Below are positions 1 to 13,100 of a stretch of DNA of 64,000 nucleotides, piece after piece. Position 1 is the first letter of the stretch, and each line of letters starts with the position of its first letter. The notes under the pieces were generated by a model, which was not told the DNA's origin, did no database searches, and saw nothing but the letters and a program-made list of their open reading frames with translations. This DNA comes from Dicyema japonicum (taxonomy: Eukaryota > Animalia > Dicyemida): the NCBI GenBank assembly GCA_011109175.1, contig RDEW01000023.1, forward strand, positions 62,001-126,000, given 5' to 3'. Both the position numbers and the translations under genes were made by a program.

Positions 1-162
1 TTTCTTGCGGTGGGTTAGGAGTTCCTTCCGGGTAGATGAAGCTAAAAGTGCGTGCCGCCGGGGAGACAGTTTCCTTGGAGGTAAATGTTTAATGGTTCTC
101 TTTGGAGGGACATTAGGTGCCCTATAGGCGTTACCAATACTTACAGAATCGGTGAACCACAT

Positions 163-410
163 TATTATTAACCCCAGGCTTACCATTGTAAGCCCAGTAC
201 AAACAGTCATGACTAACTAATCCAAGGAAGTAACCAAAGGGAGAACATCTGCTTGTGCCGACCAAATCCATCTTCCAATACTTCATTACAGGCTTCCGCT
301 TCCGAGAAGAGGTGGAGAAGTAGGTCCGCCCTCTTCCATTTTTGTCCCACGTCCTACCCTCGCGGACATCACTTCATTCTTTGCGGAATAGTTTTCATAA
401 TGCAATCTTC
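163..410 (-). mobile_element. 3' portion of a non-LTR retroelement family (family C), copy 1
   Basis: Recognisable copies at 50958-51182 and ~57330-57530. Ends on the minus strand in hairpin GGCTTAC-AATG-GTAAGCC, then TGGGGT and (TAA)n. Confidence 0.7.
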
Positions 411-788
411 ATCAGAGGGTTTGGTCAGGGTAAACCAGAGAACGGTGCGCTAAAATTTATATATATAACGCTAAAATTCTTGGACAAAATAATATAAATT
501 AATTAACAAAATTAATATTTAAATATAATTGATTTGTGATGGCTAATGTGACTCATTTTATGGAATACACTCACTACTTTACATCCATTATAGAAAAGTT
601 CACTCAAATAAAACTAATTTTAATGACATCCTTAATATTTTGGATATTGATTTGCTTGCTGCTTCTACAAATTATATGGAGTAAATACTCAGAGACTATC
701 GAAGAGAATCTGTTCAAATGTAACCCCCATTAATATTTGTAGTTCGGACAGATAACCCAAATTATGATTTTAAGAAATTTGATTAGAT

Positions 789-3552
789 TTAAGTAAAACT
801 ATAATTATCTAATAAATATTTGTTTCCATCAATGTCCTCAGTCTTTATTAGATTGTTTTGACAAGCCCAGTTGCTCTCTCCTTTACGTTTTGTCTGAGGA
901 TTATTCTCTTTCTTTATTTTGTTTAGTAAATTGTCGACACTTCGAGATATATATTTCACGGGGCACTCCTGTTTACATTCATTCTACCTGTATGCGGGGA
1001 TCTTCTTGTTGTTTTGATGGTCTTAATGGTCTCACTTTTATAGGCTTCTGAGACCTCCCTTTTTTGATTGATATTGTTGTTGCTTGCATTCACAGGTAAT
1101 AGTACCTGGGAGTGGTCTACATTCCTCGGAATGAGTTATCCATCCCTGTTTCTTACATCGAGTACTGCAAAAGTAAATTTCCCTGCAACGAGAACAAGGG
1201 TAGAGGGGTACCATCATTCTGGCACATTCATAGCAAGAGTAAGTAGGGAAGCTAACATTTTACTTTGGGGTACCTTTTGGGTGGTGGACTGTCTGTTTGA
1301 ATGAACTTAATCTTCGATGTGGCTCTACCTGGGGAGGACAGAATTTGCATTAGGGATTTAGCACATTCAGTCTGGTCAGGAATATAAATACATTTGGCTT
1401 TACTACTTCTCACTATAAACTTAGTTACTCCCCTACCAATCTCCCCCTTGGAAAACTCTCGGTCGAGTTTGTTAGCCTCGATTTCCCTCACCCTCTTACG
1501 TACCTGTCCAGCCAGAAATGCCATCAATTCATTGAATTCAGTTACTTTTGCCTTATCCTCTGAATTTAGAGTATAAAAGGGGGACGTATATATTCGTTTA
1601 GACTAATAATCATATTCTGCTTACACTTTCGTAGTGATTATGCACGTAGTCGAGGCAAGTCACTGGTGTCTTCTTTGAGGTTACGTTCAGGGGGGAGAGA
1701 ATGTCCACGCTTGTTTTAAGACAAAAGTTTGCCTACAAATAACATAAATGCACTACAAATGATATTTTATCATTTAATGTGGTATTATCGTTGGTTAGAA
1801 AAACACATAGGGGGTTCATATTCGGTGTCCCCAAATTAAGAGTTATGTTTGCTCCGTGTTCTATGAGGATATTTGCAGAGTTTGATGATTTCATGGAAAA
1901 ACATAACGATAACGGGGAGTTGCCATTCCATATTTCGTCAAGATTGGCTCCATATTTTAATAACAACTTTATATTTCTGTTTCTCAGCTAATTATCACCA
2001 TTTCACTCAACCGATTCGTCAACTTGAGTACTACAAGCAATGTGAAGGGGACTCATTCCTGCCTTGGGGACCATTGAGTAAATATAGGGAGGTTATTATC
2101 TTATAATAAGTTCAACAAACCGATTCCTCAATATACGTATCCTCTGAGACGATAGCATTCACATCGGCAGCAGCCTTAAGCAAATACTCTGCAATTTCAT
2201 TTCCTTGTTCCACGTGCATTGCCATTGCCAAATGAACTAGGTTATAACCGAACTTTTCTATTTATATTATTATACATCTTTCCGGATTTTTGGATCAGCT
2301 CCCTTAAGCAACAGGAGTTTGACCATCTCAGCATCTCCACAAAGGACTGCCTCGTATAATGGAAACGTTCTGGCTGATCCCTGGTTTGGGTCTGCCCCAT
2401 GATCGAGTAGGGTCTTGATAATATTCCGACGAGACAAATCCAAATCAATAGCAGGATTGGATGTAAAGGCGGAGATCATTTTATCAGTTGTAGGGGACAG
2501 TCTAATAAATAACGACTAATCTTGCCTATGCTTTTGAGAAGACCTTCTGTAGTACTTTTGGATACTCAAGATTAAAGCAGATCTGTCATCATCGGATAGT
2601 TGATTAACATCTGCTTGAAATTTGACGAGTTTGTCCACAATCTCTTCATTTCCATGGACTGCTGCGTACATTAATCCAGTCCTTCCACGTGAATCGGCTA
2701 CATTAATGCTTATTTGGTTTTTAATCAATAATAAAGTGACTGTTGAAATGTCATTGTTGGCACAACTGGTTATAAATGCTAGAGAAAGTTCCTCCAATAT
2801 TCCAGGGTTGGAGAACACATCCCTGTTTTCTCGCATATCATTGATTCTGAAATTCGCGTAATTTTTGTCATAAACGTGCCAATATTAATTTGTCAATTTA
2901 CCTTAAAGCCAGTCTCTGAATTCTGTAAAAAATCTCCGACTTGTTAACCAAATCCTCAGACCTGTTAGTCAATTCATTCAAGTCACTAATGGAGTACATT
3001 GAATAAAAGTAGTCAGATTCAAACTCCTCGATGTTAATGGCTATACTTTCCCTTGTTAAACACTTCTTATATACGCAATCGGGAGTACTCATCTCATCAT
3101 CCTTAACGATTATATAAAAAGACTACAAAACGTGGCTTATAGTTCTGATTGATCAGACAGTACGCCTTTTCGGAAACCTTTTCTGACTTGTTGTATTTTA
3201 GCAAATCAAGTTGGATTGATTTGTCGAGTTGTGTGTAGAATTTGATCATTTTTCGTCCATAGAACAGTCCGACATCTTGCGTGTTATTTGGGTAAGTATA
3301 AATGCCAGGCCCAAAAAAGAAGCCACGATAAAACATGCCCTTTAAATTAATAAGAGTGGACACCGTGTAGAGTGAGTCGTCATTAAACTTATAACTCCCA
3401 AGACCTTCTCTTTCATTAAAATAAAATGTCCCTTCATACGTTTCTCCGTTATCGTAGGTCTCAAAGCCATAGCCATGCTTTTTATTCATAAAAAGACGAA
3501 CTGAGTTAATCTAATATAAATTAAAATATCAAACAGCTTTCCTCTCCGACAT
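789..3552 (-). CDS. ANKMY1: Ankyrin repeat and MYND domain protein 1 homolog (MORN repeats + ankyrin repeats + C-terminal MYND finger), multi-exon with micro-introns
   Basis: MORN-type NKKHGYGFETYDNGETYEGTFY...GPGIYTYPNNTQDVGLFYGRKMIKFYT (3103-3489). Ankyrin repeats ADSRGRTGLMYAAVHGNEEIVDKL, LLDHGADPNQ, LLKYGANLDE. After removing a 22-nt intron: YSCYECARMMVPLYPCSRCREIYFCSTRCKKQGWITHSEEC (MYND). ATG at 3552, stop at 789-791 if the 19-nt intron 969-987 is spliced. Confidence 0.88.
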
Positions 3553-3924
3553 TATTGTTGCCTAGATATATTTTTTTATTTTAAGATTAACAATATTAAA
3601 TTGAAAAAAACATGGTCATTGGGTTATCCTAGTGCTCTCACAACAGTCTCATATTCACTTAGCATTCTTCACGAGATCCCACACACTTTTTATGAGCTGG
3701 CAGGTGTTCACGTAAGACGAACCGCTCAACATTCTTTTCACTATCTTTTCGAAGGGAGAAGGGTATAACAAAGAGGGCGCAAACTTGTTAAGAGTTTCAA
3801 CTACTGAAGACTGAAGGATTTGAATTTTCAGGTGCGTTTTTGCCATGGGTATCAGATGTAGTTGAGGGTTAATCCAATGTAGGTATATAATGTCTAATAA
3901 TCAATTATAATGTTATTAGTTAGG

Positions 3925-5375
3925 TTATGACTGTTGAGAGATTTGCCTGATGATTTCACGGTAAATATCTATTCCACGAAGGAATATGTCCGCGTTTAAA
4001 AACTCGTCGTGGTCATGGAGCAAAATTGGAGTATTATTTATCGGTGAGAACCCAAGGACAGGAATTCCAACCTGATGGTTATACCATAATAAACTCCACG
4101 GAGGAAGCGACCATCCGTCCCCGCCGGAAAAATAGAAGTGGAAGTCTCAATTCCTCTAAAAATAGTCTCAAGTAAACTTACAGGGTTTTACAAGCATCAA
4201 AAAAAGATCTACAGTAAGGTGACTGCAAGGAAGTTGGTTTGGCCATTGAACTTTTAAAATGTGACTCAACAATGATGTTCTTCCCGTCTGCCTGAGGCAA
4301 TACTTGCTCACAAAACTCTTCAAAACTATATGATGGAGTTATTCTCATGTCCCAGGCTAAAATAACTATCAAAGTCAAACTGGTTGTAAGAGTAGCAGGG
4401 ATCACATTTGTTTGTACTCCCCCCTATAATGAATGATTAATAATACATCCATGATGGTCAAATTGACAGTAGTCACATCACCTAACGTCATGGAAGGATC
4501 ACTATTCATCATAAATACAATAACTTGGTGAGTTTCTCCAGTTCCTTGTCTCTGAAATTCTGGATTGCTGATAGACATGAAATCTGCGGTTAGAAATACC
4601 ATTACCAGTCTCTCCCCTGCAGTGTCTGGCAAGAGGAGTGATCCATGACCAGGTTTTCCATGGCATGTGACAGTAAAAGCTCAAATATATAAAACATATA
4701 CGCATGACACTCCTTTCGGCGTAGAAAACTGAAAACACGTCAGTGGGGGAAGCGATTCCCTCATCCAATGAAAACCCAATGTTGAGGGTTTTGAAATATT
4801 CATTCTCAACAAAAGCAGCCATTCCTTTGGCACCTCCAATTTCCTCATCTGAATTGAGAATAGAAGATCAACCTGGGACGACACTGACGTAAATATTTTG
4901 ACTGGGGACAAATCCCTCGTCAATCAGTTTTCTTATTGCCTCCAAATATCTGTAAATTATGGATATCGTCAAACTGAATGGTAACACATTTCATGTCCTA
5001 GCTACATTTTTAAACCACATACCTGACTTCCACGTGCGTAAATATTCCTTTTCTCATCCATGTGAGCCCCAAACGGATCATATGACCATTTTTCTTTTCT
5101 TAACTAATATATTGAGTACTGGATAAACTGGGACAACATCCATATGGCCGTTCAACAGGATAGACTCGGCTGAGGCATCTTTCCCCTCCCATTTCATTAC
5201 AAGGATCAATTTATTGGGAAATAACTCCAAAATTGTTGATTGCAGCCCAATTTGGTCTCCCAGTCCTTTCAGAAAGTCCACAGCCGGTCCTTACAAGTAA
5301 TAATAAAATTTTGCCATAATCGGGATTCGGTTGAACTGTCGCAAATTTCAAATATTCTCGAAAATTATCCACCAT
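3925..5375 (-). CDS. ACY1: Aminoacylase-1 (M20 metallopeptidase)
   Basis: Spliced reading gives [42 protein letters not shown]-like, [64 protein letters not shown]. About 11 introns of 22-26 nt. One apparent missing G in a G-run near 4420. Confidence 0.93.
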
Positions 5376-5468
5376 TTGTGACCGCTAAAGTTGTAATTAA
5401 ATAGTTTTTTATTTTTGTAAAATTATTTATATAATTTTATTTTGTTTATATTTATTAATTTTATTTAA

Positions 5469-6089
5469 ATGTCGATTTTTATTGTTTTTTTAATTTTGCG
5501 CAACTCGATTATATCACAAGGTCATTAAGGGATTATGCAAGGAGAATGTGATCACTATTGAAATGTGGGGTCACTAATCTGACAAATAATACAGTTTTAA
5601 AATTATCGGAAATTCTAAGGAATGTTGTGGTTTTACGATTAATTGTGGTTAACACAATGGAGATAACTGAATTCTTTGAATTTTGTAAAATTACTAAAAT
5701 AAATCAAATGATCCCTCATCATCCTGATGTGTTTACCAAGACCAATAAAAGTTAGATTATTCCATTACGACATAGAATTCATTAAACATTAAGATGAATA
5801 GACCTTCGTTACGTAATGGGAAATATCAAGCGAAAAAATATTTTGTAATTATTGTAATAACCGCTTTGAATGACCCCTTTCAGCATCTACATTTCGGGAG
5901 TATTTTTACTTATTATCTGAACCTGAACTCTCCAAACAATGTCGTTGTGATTTGAATTTTTGTAAAATAGGGTTTTCTCACATCAAAGATACCATAAACT
6001 CAGCAAGACTATTCAAACTTTGTATCCACGCAGTAATTAGCATGTTGTGCATGCGACTAATGCTGATAATTACTGCACTGTTAGAATGA
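5469..6089 (+). CDS. Possible orphan secreted or membrane-anchored Cys-rich protein (exon structure only partly resolved)
   Basis: ATG plus hydrophobic start (MSIFIVFLI). Intron-like GT..AG segments of 25 nt (gtcactaatc..atacag, gttagattat..acatag). Last exon-like frame ASTFREYFYLLSEPELSKQCRCDLNFCK...HAVISMLCMRLMLIITALLE*. Needs frameshift corrections; no recognised family. Confidence 0.3.
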
Positions 6090-6119
6090 TATATAACCCC
6101 CATGAATAAATATGAGTAA

Positions 6120-6924
6120 ATGCTCTCATTAATATTCATTAAAGTATCATTTAGTAAGGAATTTAGATTGTCTGTACGATGACGCCAAATGAGAGGTCTG
6201 AGACCTTGGTCATCCACAATTATCATCGAGCAAATGCGAAACCAACAGCTAGTAATATGCTGGCCATGGAATGGTCTGCTGAATTGGCGACCCAGCAAAC
6301 ACAGTTGCCACAACATGCGTGGATCGAATAACCAAAACAGCTTTAAGTGTGACCTATGAACAACTCATAATAACAGACACTGGTAAATGTATTAAGTACC
6401 CCCACAGTAACAACTATGCTAAATTTAACCCTCACTCTAAATGAAATATTCCTACAGTTTGTATATTGTGGTAACGATTATCTCTCGTGTTCTCCGATCT
6501 GTGCAAATATTAGAAAGGTTATATTAATCGATTATTAAGGCATTGTATGCTACAAATTACTTGATTGGTTGTTCATACTCAAGCTGTACTCCTTTATTGA
6601 GTTCAAACATGACTCCCATCTCCAACACTGGCTCAATGCTAGTGTGCAATTATGGACCAAAGTTATTGTTGTCTATACTCAATAGTTTGAATCCCGTGGG
6701 AGTAAAGACATACATTGAGGGTTATCCGTGTAGAAATTGTCCAACGTCCCATCCGATCTGTATTGCTCACAATTGCGATTCATTGTGCGGTTTGATTTAA
6801 TACTTACAATAAAGGTAGAATTAATGTGACCTACTCACCAGTTAATTGCAACTACTACGAAAGAACTCTTGGATTTGATAAGGGAATAGTCTTTCTGCTA
6901 TTTGTGTACACGATGATTCACTAA
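6120..6924 (+). CDS. CAP/SCP-domain (GLIPR1/CRISP-like) protein with hydrophobic C-terminus
   Basis: Signal-like MLSLIFIK|IVCT, HNYHRANAKPTASNMLAMEWSAELA (CAP N-terminus), MLVCNYGP, YIEGYPCRNCP...C (hinge), C-terminal GIVFLLFVYTMIH*. Introns of 23-25 nt; one apparent 1-nt deletion near 6290. Confidence 0.8.
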
Positions 6925-7128
6925 CAATAATTCACATTAAATAATATTAGTAGTACAGCTCAATTATATTGTAATAGTAATAGGCAATATTCACAACTAA
7001 AAGTTAGCAAAACTTGCAGTCAATTGATTCTAGGAGGCAGTGGTTTTGTCGTTAAATATCCGATAAAAGTGACGTTTAATAAATTATTTATCGTTATACA
7101 GTACAAATTTGGCTTTTCGTGCTGTCCT

Positions 7129-10100
7129 ATGTTCCTTAACGACCTTTCAATACTAGGATTCTTCACTGGTAAATTGGTCTTGGTTTACCACAGGGGTGAG
7201 GGAGTCACTCGGAAACGACCTCCTGTTCATTCCATCAAATAAAAAAAGATACTCTAATGAGGATATTGATCGTTTCTTCAACTATATTGGTGACATAACA
7301 AAGTATTCTGATTATTGATTTACATAGAAGCGGCACAGTTCCCGTGTTTTCGATAATCGTGGACAATTCCACGAGAGTCTTTGTCGACGAACACTTTATG
7401 TTGGATTCAATTCAGGTTTACTGGAGTTATAAGTCTTAGAAATATTGTGGAACGAACGTAAATCAAGTTTACATGATCGAACCCGAAAGAATCGATGATA
7501 ATTGCTTCACATTCTCTGTAATGAGAGTTAACGAGTCCGGGATGTGGAAAATATTGCAAGACTCTTACTCGGACTTTTCTTCTACCACTGAAAGTCAGAT
7601 CTTGCGGTGGATTGAGATGAGGAAGGTTGATTCCTTTATTATTCAACTCAGAAAATCGATGACTTTTACGAAAAAACTGAAGGACTCGGGAAAAGTACAG
7701 TTTATCAGAGGAAATTGGTTTTTTAGAATATTTGGGTTTATCTCATTGGTTTTGATATCGATAGGGAAAAAAATTATCAAACAGATTCAATTTGATGAAA
7801 ATAACCAAAAGATAGTGAATATTCCGTTGGACCAACAGATCGCCATGGAATATATCCAAAATTCCATAAGACAGACTAACTCTCCAACGGAGGATGAGAA
7901 AATCTCTAACTTTTCTAGAAAGGTTGGAATTCCTGACTTATATGTAGCTCAAATCCTTATTAGACACGTAGAGGATATAAAATACGACATTTATGACTCC
8001 CAAAATCTAGAGATCGCACTTCAGCACTTCCAAGACTACGAGAATATAACAAAGGTTGGGTTCTCTCACCAAATAATAAGGAAATGAGAGCAGAGTTGTC
8101 TGAAATCATCAATGACGGCAACAGTGGCAATACTGTGGAGGAACTAGTCATGTCTTTAAATGTTACATCACTCTTAATAGAGGAGAACATTAAACAAATT
8201 TCCGACTATATTTTCCTGGTCAATTTAGAGAAAGTTTGAGGTTTCACAAATTTATAGCTTTATGAGAACAAAAAAGAATTTTTCACTAAGGCAATGCCAA
8301 CAAATCTTAATGATTTGACCGAGAAATACCTAGGTTTGAACGAGAAATTGTTCGAAATTGGTATTCTGGATTTATATTAAAGAAAAATTCAAAACAAAAC
8401 TAAGAGTCATAGAGAGTGGCGCTGAATTGTCAAAAACTGAGGACTCGCGCGTTAAGGGAAGAATTCACGAATGTTCAAAGCAAATGGAGGACTTTAGTTC
8501 AAAACTTAGAGACGAGAAAAAGAGTATTCAAGGAACTATATTACTGAATCACATTTTGCAAGATGTGGTTGCCGTTGTGGAAAGGATTGAGTCATTAATT
8601 GAATTAGTAAGAGACAACTCTTCATCCTGTGACAAAATCGAAACCAGACACCACATTTCAATGATTTTCAACACTGCCCGGGTATTAATGGATTCTGATG
8701 ATCCCCACAGAAAACATATGAATATGGAGACACCTCCCTCCTAATTGCTAGTTCTTTGGTCGAGAAATTGAAATTACGTCAAGATAGAATAATTGATCCA
8801 AGAATAAAATTAGATGACTGTTGGACACGAATGATGACTTTAATGAACTCTTTGGAGAATACTTCATTTGATGATGTCGAAGGAGTCTCGGAAAGTGTGA
8901 GAATTACAGACGAGGAATCAAACTGGTATTATCACAAACTTTATCGGTCAGTGTGGTCAGACAACTTCGATTCAGTGGAAATAGTCTGTTCGGAAGAGAG
9001 GTACAATTAATGTGATAATAAATAGTGAATTTGAAGAGGTCTCAGAGGTTCTAATCAATACGACTGCGCGTTGATTAAATAATCGTTTAAGCTCGTACGC
9101 AAAGTACTTTACGCGACGCATTCATATATTTACATTGTAGCTTATCACTGCTAAATTAAGACTGTTTCCGTGGAAACTATTTGTATTTTAGTTACAAAAA
9201 ACTGGAATGTTGTACCAGAATGTATGTTCTATCAAAATGAACATTCACAATTCCCCAATTTTGAGAAAGGCTGTCAAGAACTTGAGTATTCATTCGAGAG
9301 ACTGAAAAAATTGATGAACGAAAGGGTGTATATGTTGGAAAAGTCTGATAGTTTCTGTCAAGAGACCGAACACGTAATGACTAATATAAGCATTTAGTTG
9401 TGTGAGACGATAAGGCAATCCACTGAGTTTTTGAGGGAATCTATAAACAGCGATAATATCGACGATTTGATCGATAAGACAAATGATGGTACTTAGTGTA
9501 ATCATTGTTATAAGATATTGAAAAGAGGTACAAAAACGCAGTGGAGGGGGGAAAGATTATGATAGAGCAGATCGAAGCATTAAATCAGTTTATAATCAGA
9601 GAATCCAAACAAAATGAAGCAACAGAGTCGATTTCCAAGATATCATCTGCCCTGGGTTTACTAAGTGAAGGCTACTCACAGCTACAACAAATTCTCAAAC
9701 AATTTCAGCAAAGAGTGAGATCATTTAAAGGACCCAACACGGAACAATTTTCGAATGTTTTCACAAAAGGGGTGACTTTAGATTTCGAACGACATCGATG
9801 ACTTTGAAGATCAACTAGAATGCCTACAGTCGACTCTCATAAGGTCTAAGCGTACTTGTATGAATGCAATGGAAAAACTGTCAGAAATAAAAGTTCATTT
9901 CAACGTTGTTTTCAATTAAAATTGGAATAGGAAATACAAACGAAAGTTAATGGTCTCAGTAACCAAGTAATCCACTTGACGGACTCTGAGATAAAAACGA
10001 ACTCTGAAAAAAGAATTAACGAATTAAACAAGAGACTAAAAAAGTTGACGTTAAAGTTTGAGGAATGCACTGAATGCTACGAAAAAGCAATCATATTTTT

Positions 10101-13100
10101 TGAGGAAAGTGATAAAGTTGATATAATCGTATAAAATAGTTTGAATTGGAGATAAATGAAGTAGAAACAGCGGTATATTACATTGACCGATTTGATCGTC
10201 CATCAACAGAATTGTATAGTCAGAGCATCATTAAGGAAAAGTCATTTAAACAACTGACCGCCAAATTGACGGAAATGTTTGATGCTGGGGGTTTGAATTC
10301 TTCTGGGATCCAACAACTGGTTTTATCGTCTAAATATTGTTCAGCTTGCAAACATATCTCTAAGATTGGAAGTACTCGGTAAGAGTCACGAACTTCAGCA
10401 CAAAGCAGCAAACCTAATATTGGACGATGACTACAGCATGGTAGTGTTATTTGTCATTGGACTTAGTTGAACGAATGGTATGAATATGCTCTTAAGAGAG
10501 GATTTGGAGACCCAATCAGTTGTCCTCACAATTATCAGGAATGTCAGATAGCAATTGACGAAGCGATCAATCAGTCGATCGAACTTAAGGTATAAAGGCG
10601 GTAACTTTTTAGTTAAAAAACCCAATCGTTGTAAGATTGAAGCTTCTCTTGGAATCCAAAATGAAAAAGGAATCCTCAAATTATCCAAAGAATTCAATCG
10701 AAGTCGAATATATAAATTCAGTCGATGAACTTGTCCATAATTGGACTGAGATTGTTGATATGGTCGAATCCAGAAGATGTTTACTACAAAATTATAACAA
10801 TTTCCTGAAATCAAAAAATAAGGTTCTTAATATTACATCATTGTTAGTTGGTGGACGACAGCACTAAATTGGGGGATATTATTTCATTATTTTGGGACAA
10901 CCCACAGTTAGCCACAGATAGAGCTATTTTGAACGTAAATGCCGAATACACGAGAATATCCAGGGCCATCTACGACGTCTGTGAAGAAGGAAACAACATT
11001 GAACTTGAGATGGTATATTCCTTCCTTAATTACTAAGACAAACCAAGGAATGGATCCACAAAACCTCACCAATTCCATAGAAGAGCTGCGGGACTTGGCA
11101 ACTAAACTAAGTGAGATTATGGGCTTCCTAACAGTCTCCCAAGACGAGACTTTGTTAGAAGAATGGAAGAACTTTTCGGAGGAATGTCGTAATGTTGGGA
11201 TATAATATTGTAACCCCCAATAGTTGGTTTATACGATTAAAGAGAGTGAGATGTTCATTATGCCCCGTCACATCGATGATAATGATCCAGATGAGACGAT
11301 TAGCTTATGCAGGGACATTTTGACAAAACTTGACGCTTCAGTCAGGGTATAATGTGAATTAGAGGGTAGAAAACGAGATCAACTGTGACTGAGTATTTGA
11401 CGAAGGCAGATAATATGGGAGGACTCAAAAATGATGGAATCGACATCCTTAGCGAAAATTTACATACAACATTCACAGAATATGAGAATATGGTGAATGA
11501 GCATGCTAGTTTTATTTCACAAATTGTTGATTACTGTACTCAGCTGAAGAAAGTATTTTGGTAATTCATTGAAGCTCCAGGAGAACATGGGTAGTCTCAA
11601 AACAACCAGTTCCCAAAAACAAGTCGAAGACCTAAAAGAGAAAATAAAATTCCAGTACGATGAACTGAATAAGGTTGCACAAATAATGCAGAAAGTATTA
11701 TTTAACTAATCCGGGATTTTCGTCGATCCCCCCATCAGGAGATGCAGGTACTGCTGGATGAATTATGGAATATTCCCGATAAAGTGACCCACTCATTCAA
11801 TATGGTGGACAAAATTGTTGTTTTCCTTAATCCTTATTATAAGCTCAATCAGCTTGATGACACTATTTATCAAATACAAGAATGGAAAAAGTTCTCTGCT
11901 CAGTCCTTTTTGTGCAATCAGGGAATCGAGAATAATTTCAGAAGCATAGAAAAGCTTTACACTGTTTGGGGGATATAACATCATTACAGGAAACTGAGAG
12001 CGATGCATTGGATTACATCGTTAGTTACTCGGATTCTGAGAACGTGAAAGAACGACTGCGGGATATGCAGACTTTGATGGAAAAGTGCAGGAATTTTGAT
12101 ATAATTTTGGAAGACTATTTCTCTGTAAAATTACAAGTAGTGAGTTTGTTAGATCAGTCGATGGGTCAAACGAGTGCGAGATGAGAACAAAGAAAGTTCT
12201 TTGTTTGAAGAGACAGAATTTTACGAGGAAAGATTAGAAAAATGTCAGCAAATGGCCTTAAACAACTGCAGTATAAAAATAATATAATTTCCATTAGTCC
12301 AGCAAGAAATCGATCAAATTGATATCCTCAAGAATGAATTCTACAGCGTTGTTAGTAAAAACAGAGAGGAGTGTAATACCTTCAAGACCGCCAAAATTAT
12401 TAAGACAAAACAACTTGCTGAATCTAAGAGTCCCCAGCAAGATCTTCTCCCTTCCTTCAAACAGGTGAATTATTGTGTAAACATTAAACTACCATTTCTA
12501 CTGTTAATATTCCTAGCATTTGTATAATGTACGTGTACTGTGTGGAAATGATGTCGCACTAGAGTGCACCCCCAGGAATTCGACTCATTTTGAGTGGTTC
12601 TTCAATGATAAACCTATCACTCAAACTCAAGTTGTCGATTCTGACTTTCCTCTCTGCCAATTGCTTATAAAACAGGTCAAAGTCGCTGATTCGGGCACAT
12701 ATGTGTGTCAGATAACAAACTCTCACGGATCCGCAAACACTAGCTTTATTGTTGATGTTCAGAGTATTATATTTTAATAATCTTAGAAATTAATTCCACC
12801 GATGAGTCTGATTTTCCGGGGATGTCTTGGATACCACTACTGAACAGAATGTAGGGTCCCCATATTTATGCTACTAGGGTTTCGTAGAACAAATGGAGAG
12901 GCGAATCCTTGGGAATATCAATAAAATGGTCCCCCATTACATAATATGCTATAAAAAACATATTGAGAATTTCTCCCCCAAGATTTACTCCCTCAGATTA
13001 GAAAAACATCCAAACAAGCAGTCAATTGGCTGCTTTATATATGGAGGAGATAATTCAAACGTTTATATCTATTGCAGTGGCAAATATGTGGAGAAGGATC

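Noticed and set aside
395-420. CTGATGA..GAAA on the minus strand (hammerhead-like core); also CTGATGAG at 51406
   Set aside because: No stem II can form between the core halves at ~400, and the 51.4 kb instance has no downstream GAAA and lies inside the HDV-like module.
3655-3846. 63-codon ORF between ACY1 and ANKMY1
   Set aside because: No recognisable motif or supporting splice pattern; it could be UTR or a small orphan gene, and cannot be supported from sequence alone.
7300-12400. Frequent in-frame stops in the giant gene suggesting stop-codon reassignment
   Set aside because: In the junctions checked, the stops fall within GT-AG micro-introns, and genes end with TAA or TGA normally.
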